DNA of 27,835 nucleotides from Candidatus Thermofontivivens primus (lineage in GTDB: Bacteria > Sysuimicrobiota > Sysuimicrobiia > Sysuimicrobiales > Thermofontiviventaceae). Position numbers and translations under genes: made by a program. The stretch covers positions 1 to 27,835 of the forward strand of contig JAVKJW010000029.1 in the NCBI GenBank assembly GCA_031458695.1, given 5' to 3'. The notes under the pieces were generated by a model, which did not search any database, was not told where the DNA came from, and worked only from the letters and a program-made list of their open reading frames with translations. Position 1 is the stretch's first letter. Each line of letters opens with the position of its first letter. Shown in pieces: positions 21,903-27,835 of the stretch.

Positions 21903-22430
21903 ATGAGGCCGAGGAAACCGCCACCTTCCCGACAGCGAATGGGGCGCCCGCCGATCCGCTGGTCTATCTACAAGGCGATGATTCGGAAGCGCCTCCGGGG
22001 GAAACGCCCCAAACAGCAGAAGCCCATCCTGCGCGGCTCCCAGGTTGGGCGCCTCGTGGCCCTGCGCGAGACCATCAAGGAGGAGGCGGTGCGGCTCTCG
22101 CGCCAAAGACTCCAGGCACTCCTTCGCTATATGGAGAATCGACGCGCCCGGCGGCTGGGCGATCAGGCGACAAGCCCTTCCCCTCCGCGACCGATCCCTG
22201 AGATGATCTGGCCAGAGCTGTACCGCGAGGTGATCTGGCGGGTCGGGATCCTTCCCCTAGAGGACGCCGAGGCCGTCGTCCGGTTCATCGAGCGCATGAA
22301 GAGGCCCAGGAAGCTCGAGAAACCAGTGCGCCCACCCCAGAGGGGGATAGGGAAACCTCTTCCCAGGCGGTACACGCTGAAAGCCCCTCTCGCCACTATC
22401 GCCGAGCTGACGGCAAAGAGGGAAGACTAG
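21903..22430 (+). CDS. hypothetical arginine/lysine-rich protein, 175 aa
   Basis: High GC3 consistent with coding. No recognisable domain. Weak SD. It is the first gene of the plus-strand block and is divergent from the PGI/PMI gene. Confidence 0.4.
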   Translation: MRPRKPPPSRQRMGRPPIRWSIYKAMIRKRLRGKRPKQQKPILRGSQVGRLVALRETIKEEAVRLSRQRLQALLRYMENRRARRLGDQATSPSPPRPIPEMIWPELYREVIWRVGILPLEDAEAVVRFIERMKRPRKLEKPVRPPQRGIGKPLPRRYTLKAPLATIAELTAKRED

Positions 22431-22581
22431 CCGTTTCCATCATGCCCCCTCCCTCTCCTGGCAACCTTCGCCATTGCCCGCATGGACGCCTTCATCCACG
22501 ACATGGTGGTAGATATTCGGCTCGGGGATATACCAGGAAGGGTTGGCAGAACTCATACCACAAGGTCGGCTTCAAACACAG

Positions 22582-22632
22582 TTGCTTGATGCAGCAAGAT
22601 GGTGTAGAATTTTGGTGCATTGGAGGTGAATT
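22582..22632 (+). promoter_or_regulatory. vapBC promoter: TTGCTT -35, 17-nt spacer, TAGAAT -10, then SD GGAGGTG 4 nt before the vapB ATG. The inverted repeat TTGCT-n6-AGCAA overlaps the -35 and is a candidate VapB operator.
   Basis: All elements were read directly: gTTGCTTgatgcagcaagatggtgTAGAATtttggtgcattGGAGGTGaattATG. Confidence 0.55.
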
Positions 22633-22854
22633 ATGGCGAGGTTCTCAATCACGGTGGAGCCGGAGCTGCTCGAGGAGGCGATGAAGCTGGCCGGAGTGAA
22701 GCGAAAACGGGAGGTGATTGAGCTGGCCCTGCGGGAGTTCGTGCGCAAGCACCGATTGGCAAATTTGCAAAACCTCGTGGGGTCAGGCCTAGTGGAGTGG
22801 ACCCCTGAGGGACTCGCAAAATGGCGAGAAGCGGCTAAGGAAGAGACCCCGTGA
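22633..22854 (+). CDS. vapB: type II antitoxin VapB (small DNA-binding antitoxin)
   Basis: 73 aa with a charged C-terminus. It immediately precedes the PIN toxin, and its stop overlaps the vapC GTG (GTGA). Confidence 0.75.
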   Translation: MARFSITVEPELLEEAMKLAGVKRKREVIELALREFVRKHRLANLQNLVGSGLVEWTPEGLAKWREAAKEETP

Positions 22855-23282
22855 AGGAGACCCAGATCAGTGGCATCTTAATCGACACATCCGTCTGGGT
22901 CCGCTACCTCCGTCCCCAAGGTTATGAAAAGCTTAAGGCCGAGGTTGAGAAAGTCCTCGCGGCCGGAGTGGCCTTCACCTGCTGGGTGGTGAAGGCGGAG
23001 CTCCTCGTCGGGGCCAAGGATGAGAAGGCTTTCGAACAACTCCTGTCCGGACTACAGGCCTTGGAAGAGGTGGCCCTCAGCCCGGAGCTGTGGAAAGCTG
23101 CGGCTAGGCTAGGCCATCTTCTGCGGCGCCAGGGGTTCATCATCCCGCTCCCGGACCTCCTCATCGCCCAGGCCGCGATTTTCGCCGGGCTAGAGCTCTG
23201 GCATGCCGATGAGCATTTCGAGCGGATTCAACAGGCAAGCTCCTTGAGAACCCGATCGTTCCTTGCGCCTGACGGGTCGTGA
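22851..23282 (+). CDS. vapC: type II toxin VapC (PIN-domain ribonuclease)
   Basis: PIN acidic residues in ILIDTSVWV (Asp), KAEL (Glu), DLLIAQAA (Asp) and WHADEHF (Asp). 143 aa. The GTG start overlaps the vapB stop. Confidence 0.85.
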   Translation: MKETQISGILIDTSVWVRYLRPQGYEKLKAEVEKVLAAGVAFTCWVVKAELLVGAKDEKAFEQLLSGLQALEEVALSPELWKAAARLGHLLRRQGFIIPLPDLLIAQAAIFAGLELWHADEHFERIQQASSLRTRSFLAPDGS

Positions 23283-23527
23283 TCCCGAAGTTTCCTCACC
23301 CTAGCCGCATGGCGCAAGAACTTTCTCAGCTTTTTGGCAGGCCGGGGTGGACCTGGTACTCCGAAATGGCCTTAAACCGGCCATTCGCGACGCTGTCCTG
23401 CGCGAGGAGCAGGTCATCTATGCGGCCTGAACGCTTGTGCCTGACCGACATTCTTCAGGCTGCCGATGCGATTGAGCGGTTTCTGATGGCTCAGAGCCTA
23501 CCTGGCCGTCCACGAGCGGTGATATAA
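23283..23527 (+). pseudogene. degraded MntA/HepT (nucleotidyltransferase/DUF86) toxin-antitoxin remnant
   Basis: The frame ending with TGA at 23428-23430 encodes ...AGVDLVLRNGLKPAIRDAVLREEQVIYAA*, which resembles the C-terminus of small MntA-type nucleotidyltransferases (...IREGVVLYE*). The overlapping ATG at 23420 encodes MRPERLCLTDILQAADAIERFL.., which matches the conserved HepT/DUF86 N-terminus (DRLYLEDILEAIERIEEY). It terminates after only 35 aa. No intact NTase core (GS...D.D) is present. Confidence 0.45.
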
Positions 23528-23543
23528 TGGCAGCGAAGGGACT

Positions 23544-24590
23544 ATGACATACACGCTCGCTTCCCCCATCATCGAGGAGATCCGCGAGGTCACCGGCGGC
23601 CAGCCGGTGGTCGTGGCATTCAGCGGAGGGCTCGACAGCACCACAGTTGCGGCCTTGGCCAAGGAAGCCCTCGGGCCGGACCGTGTCCTGCTCGTCACCG
23701 TGAACATGGGGATGTACAACTACCGCCGGGGCAACGAGATCGTCCTGGAGATGGCAGAGCGTCTTGGCCTCCAGCAGCGCTGCCTCCTTGGGCAGTTCAT
23801 GCAGGACCGCATCCAGCGCTTTGGACCTGCCTGCAACCGGTGCACGAGGGAGATCAAGCTGGGGATGGTGAAGCGCGCCGCCCAGGGCCGCCTCGTCCTC
23901 ACAGGAGCGAACCGCAGCGACACGTGGGGGCAGATGGGGCTGAAGCTCTGCAACGGCTACTACGCTCCCCTCCTTGAATACGACAAACCGCAGATTCGCC
24001 AGATTGCCCAGGAGTTGGGCATCACGCCTCCAAAGATTGGGGAGAGCCCGGGACGGGAAGGGTGCAAGCTCAAGCACCTGTTAAAGCCGCTCGTCAACCC
24101 GGACTACCACGGGAGGGCCGTGGCCGAAGCCAACGAAGTCCTGCTCGCCGCGATCCGCAGGGAGGGATGGCCAGCGGAGCTCGCCAACGTCAAAGTCATC
24201 GGGCCCCTCTCCCGGAACATCGGCCTGGTGAACCTGCGCCCCCTCCCGCCAGAGCCCATCCGGTCTCGCATCCTCCAGGAGATCGAAGCGATCCCTGCGC
24301 TGGACGAGGTCCACCTGGTGGAGACTCCCATTCACCTCGTGATCAAAGCGAGCCCCGCCATCACCAACGATCCCCACGCGCGGTACTGGGTGCACCACGG
24401 GCGCCTCGCCCCAGATTTCGCCTTCCCCATCACGGTGGAGTGGGTCCCCAGCACCAACAACCGCCTCCACACCTTCCACGTGGTGGCGTTCGCGCCAGTG
24501 GGAGAAACGGTGAGATCTTCCCACGATGCAGGCTCCTCCCGGTTCCAGGAGCGGGATCTCGCCTGTCTCACTCCTTCAGCGCCCCAGTGA
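23544..24590 (+). CDS. PP-loop superfamily ATP pyrophosphatase, LarE-like (TIGR00268-type), with a roughly 100-aa C-terminal extension
   Basis: PP-loop VVAFSGGLDSTTVAAL. LarE-like blocks (RVLLVTVN..., EIKLGMVKRAAQGRLVLTGANRSD, QIAQELGI). Cysteines sit in PACNRCT, LCNGYY and GCKLKH. The 3' end overlaps the convergent permease gene by 23 nt. Confidence 0.6.
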   Translation: MTYTLASPIIEEIREVTGGQPVVVAFSGGLDSTTVAALAKEALGPDRVLLVTVNMGMYNYRRGNEIVLEMAERLGLQQRCLLGQFMQDRIQRFGPACNRCTREIKLGMVKRAAQGRLVLTGANRSDTWGQMGLKLCNGYYAPLLEYDKPQIRQIAQELGITPPKIGESPGREGCKLKHLLKPLVNPDYHGRAVAEANEVLLAAIRREGWPAELANVKVIGPLSRNIGLVNLRPLPPEPIRSRILQEIEAIPALDEVHLVETPIHLVIKASPAITNDPHARYWVHHGRLAPDFAFPITVEWVPSTNNRLHTFHVVAFAPVGETVRSSHDAGSSRFQERDLACLTPSAPQ

Positions 24591-25401
24591 GCCCGGCGAC
24601 ATAGTGCTCCACGAAGAAGGAGTAGGCCAAGGCCACAGGGACCGACCCCAGAAGCGCCCCTGCCATCAAGGGTCCCCACATGTAGATATCCCCGCGAATC
24701 AGCTCCGTGACGACCCCGATGGGGATGGTCTTGTTCTGGGGGGAGGAGAGGAAGACCAGGGCGTAAAGGAACTCGTTCCAGGATAAGGTGAAGGAGAAGA
24801 TCAACACGGAGAGGATCCCCGGCAAAGAGAGGGGGAGGGTGATCCGCACCAGAACCTGGATCCTGCTCGCCCCATCGATCATGGCGCACTCCTCGATCTC
24901 GTGGGGGATGGACTTGAAGTAGCCCATCAACAGCCAGGTCCCGAAGGGGATCAGGAACGTCGGATAAATCAAGATCAGGGCAAGGTGCTTGTCCCAGAGC
25001 CCCAGCCGGAAGATGATCGCCGCCAGGGGGATGAACAGGATAATCTGGGGCACCAAGTAGGTCATGAAGATGGAGACACCGATGGTAGCCGAGCCGCGGA
25101 AGCGCAGGCGCTGGATGGCGTAGGCCGCAAGGAGGGAGGCAACTAGCGAGATCGCCGTCGCCCCGCCTGAGATGATCAGGGTATTCCAGAGCCACTTGAG
25201 GAAGTCCGTCTGGCCCAAGAGATAGCGGAAGTGGTCAAGTGTGGGATGATTGACCCACAAAGGATTGAAGCGCACGCTGATCAATTCGGAGTCCGGTTTG
25301 ATCGCCGTCACCAACATCCAGTAAAAGGGGAAGAGCAGGAAGAGGAGGAAGAACCACAGGGGAAGGTAAAAGTGGATTGTCCGCTGCCAAACCTTCGCCA
25401 T
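24568..25401 (-). CDS. carbohydrate ABC transporter permease (MalG/UgpE-like)
   Basis: Six TM helices. The EAA loop region is GASRIQVLVRITLPLSLPGILSV. 277 aa. Confidence 0.85.
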   Translation of the reverse strand: MAKVWQRTIHFYLPLWFFLLFLLFPFYWMLVTAIKPDSELISVRFNPLWVNHPTLDHFRYLLGQTDFLKWLWNTLIISGGATAISLVASLLAAYAIQRLRFRGSATIGVSIFMTYLVPQIILFIPLAAIIFRLGLWDKHLALILIYPTFLIPFGTWLLMGYFKSIPHEIEECAMIDGASRIQVLVRITLPLSLPGILSVLIFSFTLSWNEFLYALVFLSSPQNKTIPIGVVTELIRGDIYMWGPLMAGALLGSVPVALAYSFFVEHYVAGLTGALKE

Positions 25402-25405
25402 CCTC

Positions 25406-26338
25406 TCACTCCCTGCGCAGGTAGCGGAAGGCCACGATGACGCAGATCAGGAGCACAGGGAAGATGAAGTTGGCGATGGCTGCCCCTTCTCCCATCTGCC
25501 CTCCCTGGATAGCCCGCTGGTAGGCCAGCGTCCCGTAGAGGTGCGTTGCGTTGGCCGGCCCTCCACGGGTCAGGATGTAGATGAGCTGGAAGTCGGCGAA
25601 CGTCCAGATCACCGAGAACACGGTGACGACGGCGGTGAGGGGGAGGAGGAGCGGCCAGGTGATGTGGCGGAACTGGCTCCACCCGGTTGCTCCGTCGATC
25701 TGCGCAGCCTCGTACAGGTGGGGCGGGATCGTCTGGAGCCCGGCTAGGAGGCCGATGGCGAAGAAGGGGACGCCTCGCCAGATATTGGCCACAATGACAG
25801 ACCACCGCGCCAGCCAGGGCTCCCCCAGGAAGTTGATGTTCTGCTGGATGAGCCCGGCTTGTCTGAGGAGCCAGCTGACCACGCTGAACTGGGCATCGTA
25901 GATCCACCACCAGGCGATGGCTGAAAGGGCCGTGGGGACAATCCAGGGGAGCAAGACAATAGCCCGCACAAGGCCCTTCCCCCAGAACTCCCGGTTCAGC
26001 ACAATGGCCAGCGCAAGGCCCAGGATCAGCTTGAAAGCCACGGCGACGATGGTGTAAAGGAAGGTGTTGAAGGTCACGAGCCAGAAGAGGGAGTCCTTCA
26101 ATAGGCTGGCGTAGTGTGCGATCCCGATGAAGGCACCCCTCCGGCCGATCATGGCATCGGTGAAGCTCAACCAAAGGCCAAGGAAGAAGGGGTAGGCAAG
26201 GAAGAGGGCGAGGATCAGGAGGGCGGGGAGGATGAACAGGGCCCCGAGGAGGTTCCGATCCTCCAGCGCCCGCCACAGGCCCCCGCGGATGCGCCGGATC
26301 GTCTCCACGGCTGTAATGTCGAGGGATCTCGCCGCCAT
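25406..26338 (-). CDS. carbohydrate ABC transporter permease (MalF/UgpA-like)
   Basis: Multi-TM protein with the EAA-type motif YEAAQIDGATGWSQFRHITWPLL. The ORF-track start is GTG 26347, only 1 nt from the SD. ATG 26338 has AGGAG with a 10-nt spacer. Confidence 0.85.
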   Translation of the reverse strand: MAARSLDITAVETIRRIRGGLWRALEDRNLLGALFILPALLILALFLAYPFFLGLWLSFTDAMIGRRGAFIGIAHYASLLKDSLFWLVTFNTFLYTIVAVAFKLILGLALAIVLNREFWGKGLVRAIVLLPWIVPTALSAIAWWWIYDAQFSVVSWLLRQAGLIQQNINFLGEPWLARWSVIVANIWRGVPFFAIGLLAGLQTIPPHLYEAAQIDGATGWSQFRHITWPLLLPLTAVVTVFSVIWTFADFQLIYILTRGGPANATHLYGTLAYQRAIQGGQMGEGAAIANFIFPVLLICVIVAFRYLRRE

Positions 26339-26353
26339 GGCATGCACGCTCCT

Positions 26354-26383
26354 GGAGGGCCGCCCCCCAGGAGGCGGCCCTCC
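26354..26383 (-). promoter_or_regulatory. perfect 11-bp GC stem-loop (GGAGGGCCGCC-n8-GGCGGCCCTCC) in the 60-nt spacer between the solute-binding-protein gene and the first permease gene
   Basis: Read directly. It lies 24 nt after the binding-protein stop and abuts the permease SD. It is a candidate intercistronic mRNA stabiliser or attenuator, which would favour binding-protein expression. Confidence 0.5.
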
Positions 26384-26407
26384 ACAGCAAATCCTAAGTT
26401 TCCGACC

Positions 26408-27808
26408 TCACTTCCCGCTGTAGATGCGGCGCAGGCGCTCCTCTGCCCTCCGGGCCGCCCCCTGAGGAGTCCCGCCTCCCGTCAGGGCGTCCGCGAACAT
26501 ATCCACCACAATATACTCGGCCATGGCTGCTGCAGATTTCGGCCCAGGCGATCCTTTCCAGCTGTTCGGGAGCATTCGCGCTGTCGTCTCTCGGTACGGT
26601 GTGTGCTTGGGGTCATCGGTCCACACAGGGAGGTGGGAGTAGTACTTCAGGCTCTGGGTCACATAGCCAAGCATGGCGTTCTCCCAGGGGCCGTACTGGG
26701 CTTCCTCCATCATGAACCGCAGGTACTCCTTGGCGGCGTTGGGGTACCGGGTGTGCCGGAAGATGAACGCCTGGGTGAGGAGGTGGAGCTCCGCAGGACG
26801 CCCGAGAGGTCCCACTGGGAAGTTTGCGTGGTTGATATCTTTGGCCATCTCCTGGAGCTTGGGATCCGGGGAGTTCTTGGCAGCATAGTAGATGCTGATC
26901 CCGTTGTTGGTCAGGCTGATCTCCCCGGCCAGGAATGCCTTGTTGTTGTGGGGATCCAGCCATGAGGCTACCCCGGGGATCATGGTCTCGTACAGCGCCC
27001 GAGCTGCCTCCAGAGCGTCCCAGGTTTCCTTCCGGTTGATGGCGACAGTCTTCCCGTCTTCCTCCACGACCCTGCCACCGAACGACCACAGCCACCAGTG
27101 GGTCCAGGTGTTCCCATCGCCCACGGCGTGCCCCAGTGCGAACCCCGTCGGTCGCCCCATCTCCTTCAGCTTCTTGCACAGCTTCAGGAAGTCATCGATG
27201 GTGGAGGGGAAGCGGTCATATCCTGCCTCCCGGACCCAGCTCTCCCTGTAGGTAATGCAGGCGCCGGGAGCGCCAAAGGGGATGGCGATCCAACGCTTGA
27301 GCGCCTTACTGTATCCATAGGAGACCATCACGTCGTACCATCCGCCGTACTTCTTTCCCAGGTACTCGGCAAGGTCGGTGACATCTACCAGCTTCTCAGG
27401 GTACAGGTGAGGGTCATCGAACCACCCAAGGACGATATCTGGACCTGCACCCACACTAGCGGTCATTGCCGCCTTGGGCCGCACGTCCTCCCAGGTGATC
27501 CACTCGATGTCCACCTTGACTCCTGTCTGCTCCTCGAACTTCTTGGTGTTGGCGAGCCAGAGCTCCCGGTCCCCTTTCACGAACTCCACCCAGCGCAGGA
27601 GGCGCAGGCGCGCGCCACGCTCTACGGCGTACTTCGGCGGGGGAAGATTGGGATTGTAAGAACCAGGTGGGTGATGGGCGAAGGCCCGCTCAACGAACGA
27701 GAGGCCGCCAAGCGTGACCCCTGCTAAGCCGGCGGCACCAACCTTGAGGAACTCCCGGCGGGTGAGCTTCCCGCCATCGTCCACATCGTCTTTGCGGATT
27801 TCCTCCAT
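26408..27808 (-). CDS. ABC transporter extracellular solute-binding protein (family 1, sugar/oligosaccharide type) with a Tat signal peptide
   Basis: Twin-arginine motif TRREFLKVGAAGLAGVTLGG. A 466-aa periplasmic binding fold. It lies upstream of the two permeases in the same orientation. Confidence 0.85.
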   Translation of the reverse strand: MEEIRKDDVDDGGKLTRREFLKVGAAGLAGVTLGGLSFVERAFAHHPPGSYNPNLPPPKYAVERGARLRLLRWVEFVKGDRELWLANTKKFEEQTGVKVDIEWITWEDVRPKAAMTASVGAGPDIVLGWFDDPHLYPEKLVDVTDLAEYLGKKYGGWYDVMVSYGYSKALKRWIAIPFGAPGACITYRESWVREAGYDRFPSTIDDFLKLCKKLKEMGRPTGFALGHAVGDGNTWTHWWLWSFGGRVVEEDGKTVAINRKETWDALEAARALYETMIPGVASWLDPHNNKAFLAGEISLTNNGISIYYAAKNSPDPKLQEMAKDINHANFPVGPLGRPAELHLLTQAFIFRHTRYPNAAKEYLRFMMEEAQYGPWENAMLGYVTQSLKYYSHLPVWTDDPKHTPYRETTARMLPNSWKGSPGPKSAAAMAEYIVVDMFADALTGGGTPQGAARRAEERLRRIYSGK

Positions 27809-27835
27809 ATGCTTCGCCTTGCCTTCTGGGGGTAT

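Noticed and set aside
22442-22684. 80-aa ORF running through the vapB promoter into vapB
   Set aside because: It crosses the -35/-10 and SD, is out of frame with vapB, and has a nonsense-like translation.
23279-23527. ORF-track 82-aa ORF starting with GTG that overlaps the vapC stop, as a third coupled gene
   Set aside because: Its N-terminal half is not protein-like. The region is better explained as two frame-shifted fragments of an MntA/HepT pair.

Overview
This is a high-GC (about 65%) bacterial chromosomal segment, densely packed with genes and mostly housekeeping in content. Coordinates of hand-located motifs may be off by 1-2 nt.

Minus strand, positions 1 to about 12.3 kb: a translation-termination/t6A cluster of tsaC (Sua5/YwlC-type, truncated at the window start), prmC, prfA, a DUF1385 gene and tdk. 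Then a LysM x3-M23 peptidase, rho, transaldolase, an SLH-anchored BsuPI-like surface protein, argS and an HtrA protease.

Plus strand, 12.5-16.2 kb: a complete accD-accA-accB-accC acetyl-CoA carboxylase operon. It is followed by a ROK glucokinase (minus) and an SPFH/stomatin-like gene (plus).

The 3' third of the window is a split sugar-uptake locus. It contains a Tat-signal solute-binding protein and two permeases at 24.6-27.8 kb, plus a MalK/MsiK-like ATPase and an archaeal-type bifunctional PGI/PMI at 19.5-21.8 kb. Between them sits a 2.7-kb plus-strand block: an arginine-rich hypothetical protein, an intact vapBC module with a near-consensus promoter, a degraded MntA/HepT (DUF86) toxin-antitoxin remnant, and a LarE-like PP-loop ATPase.

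The least explained locus is at 18.4-19.4 kb. It is a tightly coupled cassette of a 57-aa acidic helical protein, an unannotated 34-aa single-TM micro-ORF, and a 7-TM membrane protein of unknown family.

No rRNA, tRNA, CRISPR array, transposase or integrase was recognised. The many long ORFs antisense to real genes are GC-driven artefacts.
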